A DNA stretch of 64,000 bases from an uncultured Alphaproteobacteria bacterium (GTDB taxonomy: Bacteria > Pseudomonadota > Alphaproteobacteria > RF32 > CAG-239): assembly GCA_934271465.1 (NCBI GenBank), contig CAKQRQ010000007.1, positions 14,858 through 78,857 on the forward strand, written 5' to 3'. Positions 10,041 to 19,233 of the stretch are shown in pieces. The notes under the pieces are model-generated. The model had not been told where the DNA came from. It saw only the letters and a list, made by a program, of their open reading frames with translations, and did no database searches. Position 1 is the first letter of the stretch. Every line of letters starts with the position of its first letter. A program made the position numbers and the translations under genes.

Positions 10041-10793
10041 TTACTTCTTCCCCCTGAGCAAAGCTTCCGGATGCCGCTCCAAATAATCCGCCAAATTTTG
10101 CATAGACTTGGCTGCACGGCTGACATTAATCGTAGCCTTATTAAAGTTGTCAAGAACTTCTCCCGACGCCGTTTTGTTTCGAGAAATCACGTTCGACACA
10201 TCGTTCAATACTTTATTTATTTTCGGCATGCTCTGATTTAAACCCTTAAAAAACTCGGCAAAATTTCTGACGCCTTCCTGCAAGGGTAATTTTTGCAACC
10301 CGCGCGACAATTCGCCGATTGGCGAAAGCGCCGTCGGAATTTCAACAGCCTTAGCATCCGCATGATACTTAATCGGCGTATCCGGCAGCATCTCAAGTTC
10401 AATCATCAGCTGTCCTGTAACATAACTCTGCGCCACCAACCGCGCCCTCAACCCTCTGCCAACCAATTCGTCCAAAACTTCCTGTCCTTTCAGATGGTTC
10501 ATCGCGGTAATTTTTTTATTTTGCATTCTTGCATAAACCGGAATACTGAAATTCATTTCTTCAGGATTGACAATAATATTAATCCGGCTGACCTCGCCGA
10601 TTTTTACCCCTTTCAAAACAACCGGCGACCCGACATTCAATCCCGTGATGGATTCTTCAAAATACATCACGACCTCGCTTCCTTTATTTCCGAAAATCTT
10701 ATTCTGAAGCAAAAATCCGACAATAAGCAAAAATCCGGCCACACCGGCAATCAAAAACAAACCGATAAGTTTGCGGTTAGGTTGTTTAGGCAT
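10041..10793 (-). CDS. MCE-domain substrate-binding protein (MlaD/PqiB-like)
   Basis: It has a single N-terminal TM helix and an MCE domain (GLNVGSPVVLKGVKIGEVSRI). Confidence 0.8.
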   Translation of the reverse strand: MPKQPNRKLIGLFLIAGVAGFLLIVGFLLQNKIFGNKGSEVVMYFEESITGLNVGSPVVLKGVKIGEVSRINIIVNPEEMNFSIPVYARMQNKKITAMNHLKGQEVLDELVGRGLRARLVAQSYVTGQLMIELEMLPDTPIKYHADAKAVEIPTALSPIGELSRGLQKLPLQEGVRNFAEFFKGLNQSMPKINKVLNDVSNVISRNKTASGEVLDNFNKATINVSRAAKSMQNLADYLERHPEALLRGKK

Positions 10794-11541
10794 TCTTTTT
10801 TCCTCCGGTTAAAAAACTCAAAACTCTCTGATTGGGCGGATTTTTCAACAGCTCATGCGGATTCCCCTTGGCTGAAATTCCTTTTGTTTCGGCATCCAAA
10901 TAAATAGAATTGTTTCCGATAGCAAAAATCGAACTTAACTCGTGCGTAATCACGACAATTGTCGTGCCCAAACTTCGATTGATTTCCAAGATAAGGTCAT
11001 CCAACAAATTAGAGCTGACGGGATCCAATCCGGCAGACGGCTCGTCAAAAAACAAAATCTCAGGGTCCAACGCCATGGCTCTGGCCAAACCGGCGCGCTT
11101 TTTCATACCGCCGGACAACTCCGCCGGATAAAAATCCTCATACCCTCTCAAGCCGACAAGCGCCAATTTAAGGGCAACAATCTCGCGAATAGTACCGATA
11201 GAATAATCCGTATATTGCTGCAGCGGCAAAGCGACATTTTCAGCCAACGTCATCGAACTGAACAACGCCCCGCTCTGATACAAAATTCCACAATTTTGCA
11301 TCAATATTTTTTGTTCTTTTTCCCCTGCTGCATAAAAATCTTTTCCATTGAGCCAAACCTTACCTTTAGCGGGCTCTTTAAGCCCCGTCAAAACTCTCAA
11401 TAACGAACTTTTGCCGGAACCGGAGCCTCCCATAATAATAAAAACGTCCCCCGTGTTGACCTCAAAATCAACATCTTTCATCAAGACATTGCTTCCGTAA
11501 GCCACCGTCAAATTTTGCACTTTGATTTTAACGTCTGTCAT
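10786..11541 (-). CDS. ABC transporter ATP-binding protein (MlaF-like). I moved the start to the Met of MTDVKIKVQNL.
   Basis: It has Walker A (GGSGSGKSSLLRVL), the ABC signature LSGGMKKRAGLARA and Walker B (ILFFDEPSAGLD). The upstream 76 codons of the listed ORF overlap the permease gene, so they are not coding. Confidence 0.85.
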   Translation of the reverse strand: MTDVKIKVQNLTVAYGSNVLMKDVDFEVNTGDVFIIMGGSGSGKSSLLRVLTGLKEPAKGKVWLNGKDFYAAGEKEQKILMQNCGILYQSGALFSSMTLAENVALPLQQYTDYSIGTIREIVALKLALVGLRGYEDFYPAELSGGMKKRAGLARAMALDPEILFFDEPSAGLDPVSSNLLDDLILEINRSLGTTIVVITHELSSIFAIGNNSIYLDAETKGISAKGNPHELLKNPPNQRVLSFLTGGKKNA

Positions 11542-12644
11542 ATCCCTGCCACCTGAAAAATCAAAGTCAAAATTCCCGTCGCCACAATCATAATCACAAT
11601 GGAGGACACCACCGCTTTTGTCGTAGCCACACCCACGCTGTCGGCATTGCGCCCGCAAGTTATCCCGTAATAGCACCCGCAAGACGAAATAATAAGCCCA
11701 TACACAAATCCGTGAAAAATACCGACCCAAAAATTTTGCAATCCAAACGCATTGACCGAATACTGCCAATACTGAACCGCCGAAATATCCAGCATCAAAA
11801 CAGCCACAAACGCCCCGCCGATCATTCCCATAATATCAGCCAACAATGTCAAAAACGGCATTGTCAAAGCCAAACTCAACACTCTGGGAAGCACCAAAAA
11901 ATCAGAAACAGAAAATCCGAAAGTCTTCAACGCGTCAATTTCTTCATTAACCTGCATGGTTCCAATGGTTGCCGCATAGGCCGCCCCTGTGCGTCCGGCC
12001 ATAATAATACCGGCCATAATGGCGCCCATAATTCGAATCATACCAATTGTCACCAACGAGGCCACATAAATCTGCGCCCCAAACATCTTTAATTGTAAAG
12101 CTCCGACAAAAGCCAAAATCAATCCGACCATAAAGCTGACCAGACTGACAATTCCAAAAGCTTTATAGCCGCAATCTTCCAATGCAAACTCAAAATCAAT
12201 CCGACGCATAACCGCGCGCCCGCTGACAAATCGTCCTATCGATTTCAAAGTCTCGGACAAAAAAGCCCCCGCATGAGTTACCGATTCCCAAATCGACAAC
12301 CCGACATCTCCGGCCTTTTCCAGAAAAGTTTCTGTTTCGGACTTTCGAATAATAGGCTTGCGCTCAACCGTCAACGCCAATTTCAGAAGACTTTGCAAGT
12401 CCTCAGGCAAAGTCTCAATAGAGCAATCTATTTTCTTTTGCTTGGCCGTTTCAATCAAATCAAAGAGCACTGCTGCCGCAGAAGAATCCCAACGGATTTG
12501 ACCTTTGACCTCGAAAACAAGTTGTTCAACCCGATGGAGCAGAGCCGAAACATCTGCTGTTTCGTCATAACGGCGAACATCTCCTGCCAACTCGACAATG
12601 AGGCAATTTTGCTGTTTCTGAAACTGAATACTCATTCTTTTCAA
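11538..12644 (-). CDS. MlaE-family ABC permease with an N-terminal STAS-like (MlaB-like) domain
   Basis: The N-terminal ~95 aa have STAS/anti-sigma-antagonist-like features (LIVELAGDV...). The remainder is a polytopic MlaE-like permease. Confidence 0.7.
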   Translation of the reverse strand: MKRMSIQFQKQQNCLIVELAGDVRRYDETADVSALLHRVEQLVFEVKGQIRWDSSAAAVLFDLIETAKQKKIDCSIETLPEDLQSLLKLALTVERKPIIRKSETETFLEKAGDVGLSIWESVTHAGAFLSETLKSIGRFVSGRAVMRRIDFEFALEDCGYKAFGIVSLVSFMVGLILAFVGALQLKMFGAQIYVASLVTIGMIRIMGAIMAGIIMAGRTGAAYAATIGTMQVNEEIDALKTFGFSVSDFLVLPRVLSLALTMPFLTLLADIMGMIGGAFVAVLMLDISAVQYWQYSVNAFGLQNFWVGIFHGFVYGLIISSCGCYYGITCGRNADSVGVATTKAVVSSIVIMIVATGILTLIFQVAGI

Positions 12645-12909
12645 ATTTTTCTGTTTTTTAAGATGCTTTATATTATATAAACCTTAAATTTGAAAAGCAA
12701 TCCCTGTATTGAATAAATCCGTATGTAAATTTATACAACCTCGCCTCTACTGAGGCTGAATTCTTGAAATTGAATGCTTTAGAGACATTTCTGTTTTGAA
12801 ATAGCAAACAATTTTCTATCCTTGACTTTCCTCAAAAAATATGCCAAAAGATACAAATCTCTGAAAACAGGAAATATTTTTTCAAAAAAGCCTAAGGACT
12901 TGCTAAAAA

Positions 12910-13527
12910 ATGGACTTTTCAAAAAATGAAAAACTTATTATTTTCAAAACATTGCGTCTAACTCTCTATTTTACCATTCTTGTCGGCGCGGTTTACAGCA
13001 TGCACTTTTTGGCAACTTTTCTGCATGAAAACACCTTTACCGAAAACGGCGTTGTCGAAAATATTCAGTTGAGTTTTTTAACCCTTGCCGGAATCATCTT
13101 TTCCGTTGAAGCTCTTACTTTCAAAAAATATCGGCCTATTCTATTTTTACTGGCATCACTTTGCTTTTTGGGCTGTTGCCGTGAGCTTGATGAGGTTTTA
13201 GACCGCAAATTTGCTCCGATTAGCTGGCGTATCGGTTTTATCTTTCCCGTCGCGGCTTTAATTAACCTTGCATATCATCGAAAAAACATCACAAAGCACC
13301 TGTTGAAATTTTTAGACTCTCCGGCCTTTTATATGATGTTTTCGGCCATGGTTGCCATTTTGCCTTTTGGAGAACTCATCGGGCACGGTCCTTTTGTTGC
13401 CAATGTCTTAGGCCCTGAAAACAAAGCCGCCGTTAAGGAACTTTTTGAAGAAGCATGCGAATTACTCGGATACCTGATTATCTTGTTGTCCACGTTTGAA
13501 TGTTTCTTATTTGTCCGCAAAAAATAA
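12910..13527 (+). CDS. Hypothetical membrane protein
   Basis: It has about 6 predicted TM helices and no recognised motif. Confidence 0.35.
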   Translation: MDFSKNEKLIIFKTLRLTLYFTILVGAVYSMHFLATFLHENTFTENGVVENIQLSFLTLAGIIFSVEALTFKKYRPILFLLASLCFLGCCRELDEVLDRKFAPISWRIGFIFPVAALINLAYHRKNITKHLLKFLDSPAFYMMFSAMVAILPFGELIGHGPFVANVLGPENKAAVKELFEEACELLGYLIILLSTFECFLFVRKK

Positions 13528-13534
13528 CCTTTCA

Positions 13535-13560
13535 AGCCCGACAAAAATCGGGCTTTTTTC
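13535..13560 (+). terminator. Rho-independent terminator
   Basis: The hairpin AAGCCCGacaaaaatCGGGCTT is followed by TTTTT. Confidence 0.6.
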
Positions 13561-13640
13561 ACGCAATCTCAAGCAATTTTAACCTAAAATTAAAACATCA
13601 ATCTTATATTAAAAGATAATAGTGAACTCTTTTTTATAGG

Positions 13641-14423
13641 ATGAAAAAAATGGAAAAGTCTACATTTATCGGTTTTATCGGTGGTATTGCGGCAGTCGGC
13701 GTCGGTATGGCGCTCAAAGGAGCAGACCCGCATGCCCTCATCAATCCGGCCGCCTTTTTGATTATTTTTGCTGGAACAGCCGCAGCAATTTTCAATGCTT
13801 TCCCGATGAAAGAAATTAAACACTTTCCCAAACTCCTAAAAATCATATTTGTCGGGCGAGAATTTACTCCGAAACAAGAAATTTTGGAATTATTTGTTTC
13901 TGTCGCCAAAGCCGCCAAGCAAGAAGGCGTTATGGCGATTGAAAAGCGCGCCAACGAAGTCGCCGACCCTTTCATTCGCTCCACAATGACCATGGTTGCC
14001 GACGGATTTAATGCAGACTTCATTTACGGCGTCGTCGATTCCGAAATCAAACAAATGGAAGAACGGCATCGGGCCGGGGCTCAAATCTTTGCTCAATGCG
14101 GCATGTATGCACCGACTTTAGGCGTTTTGGGTGCGGTTATCGGCCTGATTGCGGCCTTGGGAAACTTGAGCGATATTGACCAGCTCGGCCACTCCATTGC
14201 CGCGGCGTTCGTCGCCACTTTGCTTGGTATTTTCACAGGTTATGTCTGCTGGCACCCATTTGCCAATAAACTCAAACAAATCAACGCCGAAGAAGTCGAA
14301 ATGAAACGTATGGTTTTGGAAGGCGCTCTGGCTCTTCAGGAAGGAGCCTCGTCCATTGCGATTGAATCCCGCCTTCAAGCCTTTATCCCGTTGTCTGAAC
14401 GCAAATCTCTGCGCGATGCCTAA
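13641..14423 (+). CDS. motA: Flagellar motor stator protein MotA (MotA/TolQ/ExbB proton-channel family)
   Basis: It has 4 TM helices, a cytoplasmic loop and a C-terminal plug region. It sits immediately upstream of a MotB homologue, and a flagellin gene elsewhere in the window supports flagellar function. Confidence 0.75.
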   Translation: MKKMEKSTFIGFIGGIAAVGVGMALKGADPHALINPAAFLIIFAGTAAAIFNAFPMKEIKHFPKLLKIIFVGREFTPKQEILELFVSVAKAAKQEGVMAIEKRANEVADPFIRSTMTMVADGFNADFIYGVVDSEIKQMEERHRAGAQIFAQCGMYAPTLGVLGAVIGLIAALGNLSDIDQLGHSIAAAFVATLLGIFTGYVCWHPFANKLKQINAEEVEMKRMVLEGALALQEGASSIAIESRLQAFIPLSERKSLRDA

Positions 14424-14448
14424 CCCGTTTTGAGCAAAGGACACACCT

Positions 14449-15114
14449 ATGGTTAAGAAAAAACCGGATCAACCTCATCACGAAGAGCATGCCGACGAAA
14501 CATGGCTCATTCCCTACTCAGACTTGCTGACTCTGTTGTTGGCGCTGTTTATCGTGTTATTTGCCTCATCCAGTCTGGACAAAAGCAAAGCTGCCCAAAT
14601 TCAATACGCTCTGGCGGCCGCTTTCAGCAACGGCACAGGCTCGGGCGACGGTAACGGCTCTATCATCAATTTTATGAACGACGCCCAAGATTTGAATCTG
14701 GAAGACGAAGGAATTATCATCTCTTCCGATGCTCAAGGCGCCACCTTGGAAATGACCTCTATCAATTTATTTGATAAAGGATCGGTTATCCTCAAACCCG
14801 AGGCTTTCCCGATTATTAAAAAGATTTCCCAGCTGTTGAATTCCAATAAATATAAGAAATATAGAATAGTGGTTGAAGGCCACACCGACGACACAAATGA
14901 ATCCGACGTTCTCCCCTCCAACTGGGAACTTTCCGGAGCTCGTGCCGGAGCGGTTGTCCGAGCAATGATTGCCAATGAAATGGATGTCAACCGATTCAAG
15001 GCGGTCGGTCTGGCTGAAATCTCACCGGCCTACCCCAACAAGAATCCTTACGGCGAACCCATTCCGGAAAACAGAATCAAAAACCGCCGAGTTATTGTCC
15101 GTATTGAGTTTTAA
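14449..15114 (+). CDS. motB: Flagellar motor protein MotB (OmpA-like peptidoglycan-binding domain)
   Basis: The MotB N-terminal signature is WLIPYSDLLTLLLALFIVLFA. A C-terminal OmpA-like domain is present (GHTDDTNESDVLPSNWELSGARAGAVVRAM). Confidence 0.8.
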   Translation: MVKKKPDQPHHEEHADETWLIPYSDLLTLLLALFIVLFASSSLDKSKAAQIQYALAAAFSNGTGSGDGNGSIINFMNDAQDLNLEDEGIIISSDAQGATLEMTSINLFDKGSVILKPEAFPIIKKISQLLNSNKYKKYRIVVEGHTDDTNESDVLPSNWELSGARAGAVVRAMIANEMDVNRFKAVGLAEISPAYPNKNPYGEPIPENRIKNRRVIVRIEF

Positions 15115-15130
15115 CAAAAGGAGTTAAAAG

Positions 15131-16288
15131 ATGAAATCAGCCCTTTGCTTACATAATGCGACAGTTCTGACAGGATTTTCGGTTATGAAGCAATGCGCGG
15201 TTTACATCAAAGATGGCAAAATCGCTGATGTCTATAACGAAGAACGTTTTCGGCAAAAGAAATTTTCGCCAAAAGTTGAAATCATCAACGTCAACGGCGC
15301 CTATGTGATGCCTGGGTTTATAGATACCCACATTCACGGCATCGGCGGCAAAGGCGCAGACGACGCGGATTATAAATCGATTCTTCACATGTCGGAAGTT
15401 TTGGCGCAATATGGCGTCACATCTTTTATCCCGACATGCTGCACCGCCCGCGAAAAAGAATTGACCGAAAAGATAAAAGCTATTGTCAAAGCCTGCGGCA
15501 AAGAAAAAGGCAGCCATATCTTGGGTATCCACCTAGAAGGGCCGTTTTTATCCCCCGAGCGCATCGGCGCACAAGCCGCCGACGGTATTTCACCGGTTGA
15601 TTTAGGCTTAATGGAACGTCTCTTCAAAGCGGCCAAAGGAAAATTGATTAATATGACCGTTGCTCCCGAGCTCAAAGGCATGCGGGAATTGGCGCTTTAT
15701 TGCGTCGAAAAAGGAATTATCCTTCAAGCCGGCCACACTGACGCCACCTATGAACAAATGCTTGAAGGAATGCAAGCCGGCATTATGCACGTAACTCACC
15801 TGTTTAATGCCATGCGCCCGATGCACCACCGCGAGCCGGGAGTTGTCGGCGCGGTATTAATTCACCCTGAAATCTCATGCGAGATTATCGGCGACGGCGT
15901 CCACATCAACCCCAATTTGATTACTCTGCTGCTCAAAAGCAAACCCTTGAGCCAAATTGTTCTGATAACAGACGCACTCTACCCTGCCAAAACAGACCTT
16001 TCCAAAACACCGGACTTGTATCTGGACAAATGCTTTTACCGCAAACAAGACCATGTCATTAACGGCTCGGCCATTTCAATGCTTGACGGATTCCGCAATC
16101 TGGTTTCTTGGGGCATTCCAATAGAAAAAGCTGTCCGCATGGCCTCGACCAATCCGGCACAAATCATGGGGCAAAAGACCAAAGGCCTGCTTATCCCCGG
16201 ACACGATGCCGATGTCATTGTTTTGGATAAAGATTTAAACCTGCTTCACACCATTATTGACGGAAAATTTGTTAAAGGAAAAAAATAA
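15131..16288 (+). CDS. nagA: N-acetylglucosamine-6-phosphate deacetylase
   Basis: The metal-binding HxH motif lies in MPGFIDTHIHGIGGKG. The amidohydrolase fold is present, and the gene is adjacent to nagB. Confidence 0.85.
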   Translation: MKSALCLHNATVLTGFSVMKQCAVYIKDGKIADVYNEERFRQKKFSPKVEIINVNGAYVMPGFIDTHIHGIGGKGADDADYKSILHMSEVLAQYGVTSFIPTCCTAREKELTEKIKAIVKACGKEKGSHILGIHLEGPFLSPERIGAQAADGISPVDLGLMERLFKAAKGKLINMTVAPELKGMRELALYCVEKGIILQAGHTDATYEQMLEGMQAGIMHVTHLFNAMRPMHHREPGVVGAVLIHPEISCEIIGDGVHINPNLITLLLKSKPLSQIVLITDALYPAKTDLSKTPDLYLDKCFYRKQDHVINGSAISMLDGFRNLVSWGIPIEKAVRMASTNPAQIMGQKTKGLLIPGHDADVIVLDKDLNLLHTIIDGKFVKGKK

Positions 16289-17073
16289 TGCGCACAATCA
16301 TCAAAAAAAACTTCTCGGACTGTTCCGCTTGGGTTGCCGGCTATATTGCCTATCGCATAAAGCAAGCCAAGCCGACAGCAAAAAAGCCCTTTGTCTTAGG
16401 CCTGCCGACAGGATCAACGCCGCTTGGCGTATACAAAGAGTTGATTAAACTCTATCAAAACAAGAAAGTATCGTTTGAACATGTCGTGACTTTCAACATG
16501 GACGAATACGTCGGCCTTGGCGCCAAAGACAAAAACAGCTATCATCATTTCATGCACGAAAACCTGTTCAAACATATCAACATCAACCCCAAAAATATCC
16601 ATATTCTGAACGGGCTGACCAAGGATTACGCCAAAGAATGTGAAAATTATGAAAACGCCATCAAAGCCTATGGCGGAATCAATCTGATGCTGGGCGGTGT
16701 CGGAAGCGACGGACATATTGCGTTTAACGAGCCTTTTTCGTCTTTGACCTCGCGCACACGAATCAAAACGCTGGTCCCCTCTACCATCAAAGATAATTCC
16801 CGCTTTTTTGACAATGACCTGTCCAAAGTGCCGACAAAAGCCCTTACAATGGGTGTCGGAACAATTATGGACGCTAAAGAAGTCATCATTATGGCCTCTG
16901 GAAAATCTAAGGCCGAGGCGATTCATCAGGCTTTAGAAGGCTGCATCAATCATCGCTGGACCATCACCGCACTCCAGATGCACCGTTACGGCATTATCGT
17001 CTGCGACGAAGATGCGGCCTCAAAGCTGTCGCCTGAAACAATCAACTACTTCAACAGTATCGAGGGAATGTAA
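16288..17073 (+). CDS. nagB: Glucosamine-6-phosphate deaminase
   Basis: LGLPTGSTPLGVYKELI and FNMDEYVGL are NagB signatures. Confidence 0.88.
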   Translation: MRTIIKKNFSDCSAWVAGYIAYRIKQAKPTAKKPFVLGLPTGSTPLGVYKELIKLYQNKKVSFEHVVTFNMDEYVGLGAKDKNSYHHFMHENLFKHININPKNIHILNGLTKDYAKECENYENAIKAYGGINLMLGGVGSDGHIAFNEPFSSLTSRTRIKTLVPSTIKDNSRFFDNDLSKVPTKALTMGVGTIMDAKEVIIMASGKSKAEAIHQALEGCINHRWTITALQMHRYGIIVCDEDAASKLSPETINYFNSIEGM

Positions 17074-17094
17074 TTTTTTCCCCTTTAAACGGCA

Positions 17095-17130
17095 AAAGTC
17101 GATAAGGACAAAACCTTATCGACTTTTTTT
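17095..17130. terminator. Bidirectional rho-independent terminator
   Basis: The hairpin AAAGTCGATAAGGacaaaaCCTTATCGACTTT is followed by a T run. Confidence 0.6.
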
Positions 17131-17133
17131 ATC

Positions 17134-17448
17134 TTAAATAATCTCATATTGTCTTTCAATAATTCCGCATAACCGGAACAAAGAAAAGCCCCCTGCGGCA
17201 ACCATCCATACAGAATAAAGCACCAACCAAAATCCGCCAAGTTGCCTTTCAAAGAACAAATCAACGGAAAAAAAGAATAATCCGCTCCCTACACTCATAT
17301 GAAAGAGAGAGAAAACATCAAACAGGCGATGCCAGGAAAAGTCCCTTTTGACAGCCGCAATCAGCAGAAAAATCACCAACAGAACAATTGCCGGAATTCC
17401 GACCAGAGCCACAAACAGCCCGAAATTAGAAAGATACAAATTTTCCAT
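17134..17448 (-). CDS. Small hypothetical membrane protein
   Basis: It is 104 aa with three hydrophobic helices and no recognised motif. Confidence 0.3.
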   Translation of the reverse strand: MENLYLSNFGLFVALVGIPAIVLLVIFLLIAAVKRDFSWHRLFDVFSLFHMSVGSGLFFFSVDLFFERQLGGFWLVLYSVWMVAAGGFSLFRLCGIIERQYEII

Positions 17449-17541
17449 AATTTTATGATTTAAATTAATAATTTTCCATTCGAAAAAGGAACTACCATAT
17501 TGCGGCTATTTTGTCAACACACAACTTAAATAGCGGCGATT

Positions 17542-19233
17542 TTAATCGCACGGCTCCGTAAAACTTTTTTTAAGCCCGTTTACCGTCACAATCGGCGCAT
17601 CAGGATTGACTGTCGTTAAAAATTTTCCGTCGGAAAAATTTTCAACCCCAGATATATCCTCTGACGCTTTATCTTTTGTACACCACATAATAAAGTTCGT
17701 AACACCGCCATATGGGTTTTCAGAATTAAAGCTAAAAACACTGTTCATAGAACTAAAAGTCAAATCTTTCAAATTAATAATCGTTACATCACGCCCATCT
17801 TCTGAAACAATAGCAACAACACCCACAGCCCTTTTGCTGCCGTCATAATCCTCGGCTTTTCCAAAAGTCTTGTCCTCATACATCACATCTCCAACTTTAG
17901 GCATTGTCCCATTCAGATCAAGATTCAACCTTAAAGAAAGTCTGATGACGCTGGAATAATTGTTCTTAAAATGGGTTGTCCTGTGACCATTTCCCGCATT
18001 AAAGCGCCAAGAACTACTTGAAGCGTTTTCAGAAGATGTCCAATAATATTGATTTTTAAAAGCCTCTGCCTCAACACCTTTAGCGGAAAGCTTATTCAAT
18101 GCCGCATTAATCAGATTCTTGTTATCGCCGTTGGCCCCTGTCGAACCTGCACCATCAATCATTTGTGTTATGTTTGTTCCGTAAAACTCCATCCACTCAC
18201 CGATTGACGGCAAATACCATTTTCCTTGGCCAAAATCTCCTGCCATGTCGCCAACATAAAACTGCATTGCCGCATAAGCGGCTAAAGCTTTTTCGCCAAG
18301 CTGAGCAACAACAGCTTTTGTATTCGCTTGACCATTATACAAACCATCTGGCCTTAATCCTGAGCCGCCGACAGATGCCGTTTTAACACCATCCACAAGC
18401 CCAACAACTCCATAAATATTCTTACCACCACCGGCAATCATTCCAACATTAGCAATCGATACATTATCCGTATGTGTTACAATTCCTGCCAATACTGTAT
18501 CTACTCCACCACTCAAATTAATTCGAACATTTCTAATTTTTGCCGACTTAGTCACCCATATTGCATCCAATTCATCAGCAATTTGACTTGACATATAAAT
18601 CGAAACATTTTCAATAACTGCGTTTGTTCCCTCAAGCCTGAGAGCTCGACAATAATCTTTATTATCATTTTGTATAATTACAACTTGACGCAAGCTCATA
18701 TTTTTACCATTAGAATAAATTGAATGAGCAAAAAGTTCTTCCGTTGCGCGATTTTTAAGCACTATATTTTCAAACGTTACACTATCGGCATTAGCAAATA
18801 AACCGTCCGTCTTAAGCACGTGACCGCCGCCGTTAATTATAACAGAAGAACCTCTAAATGTAAAAGAACTATTAAACACAACATCTTCCGCCAACACAAT
18901 TTTTGCATTATTGGTATTCAATAATTTTTTAAATTCATCAATCGTCGTGCTCTGCGTCACTTTAGTATAACCTTGCGCAACAAGCTCATCTACATTGTCC
19001 GTCAGAGTCACGCTGTCCGACAAATCAGCATAATCCAAATCCCCGCAGAAAACAGTATTATCATCTTTGATATTAAACGGGCACGGGAGCACATCTTTTT
19101 CAAAACAAGAGCATTGAGTGCGGGTCTGGGTATAGCCCAGTTCAGCACAACTTGGACGCTGCAAACAATCGGTTGAAGCGTAAGTATTTGAAATTACACA
19201 AAGTAAAAAAAGCAAAATAAAACCGTGTTTCAT
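17542..19233 (-). CDS. Secreted Cys-rich surface protein, paralog 1. It has a signal peptide, a Cys-rich N-module, a beta-helix-like repeat region, a DUF1566/Lcl-like W-x-L-P-S-x-x-E-W module and a C-terminal KxGDVMY...FAVSEDG module.
   Basis: The first ~70 aa are near-identical to the 27389..29275 ORF. The motifs GDFGQGKWYLPSIGEW and KVGDVMYEDK...GVVAIVSEDGRDVTIINLKDLTFSS are shared with that paralog. Repeated N-x-x-I-x-N segments suggest a parallel beta-helix. Confidence 0.7.
   Translation of the reverse strand: MKHGFILLFLLCVISNTYASTDCLQRPSCAELGYTQTRTQCSCFEKDVLPCPFNIKDDNTVFCGDLDYADLSDSVTLTDNVDELVAQGYTKVTQSTTIDEFKKLLNTNNAKIVLAEDVVFNSSFTFRGSSVIINGGGHVLKTDGLFANADSVTFENIVLKNRATEELFAHSIYSNGKNMSLRQVVIIQNDNKDYCRALRLEGTNAVIENVSIYMSSQIADELDAIWVTKSAKIRNVRINLSGGVDTVLAGIVTHTDNVSIANVGMIAGGGKNIYGVVGLVDGVKTASVGGSGLRPDGLYNGQANTKAVVAQLGEKALAAYAAMQFYVGDMAGDFGQGKWYLPSIGEWMEFYGTNITQMIDGAGSTGANGDNKNLINAALNKLSAKGVEAEAFKNQYYWTSSENASSSSWRFNAGNGHRTTHFKNNYSSVIRLSLRLNLDLNGTMPKVGDVMYEDKTFGKAEDYDGSKRAVGVVAIVSEDGRDVTIINLKDLTFSSMNSVFSFNSENPYGGVTNFIMWCTKDKASEDISGVENFSDGKFLTTVNPDAPIVTVNGLKKSFTEPCD

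Noticed and set aside
10293-12680. The + strand ORFs overlapping the Mla operon (204 aa, 153 aa, 126 aa, 135 aa)
   Set aside because: They lie antisense to well-supported minus-strand transporter genes and have no recognisable motifs.
13641-15114. Zorya-type anti-phage system (ZorA/ZorB are MotA/MotB homologues)
   Set aside because: MotA here is 260 aa with no long C-terminal tail, and MotB has a standard OmpA-like domain. The following genes are nagA and nagB, not zorC and zorD. A flagellin gene is present, so these are ordinary flagellar stator genes.
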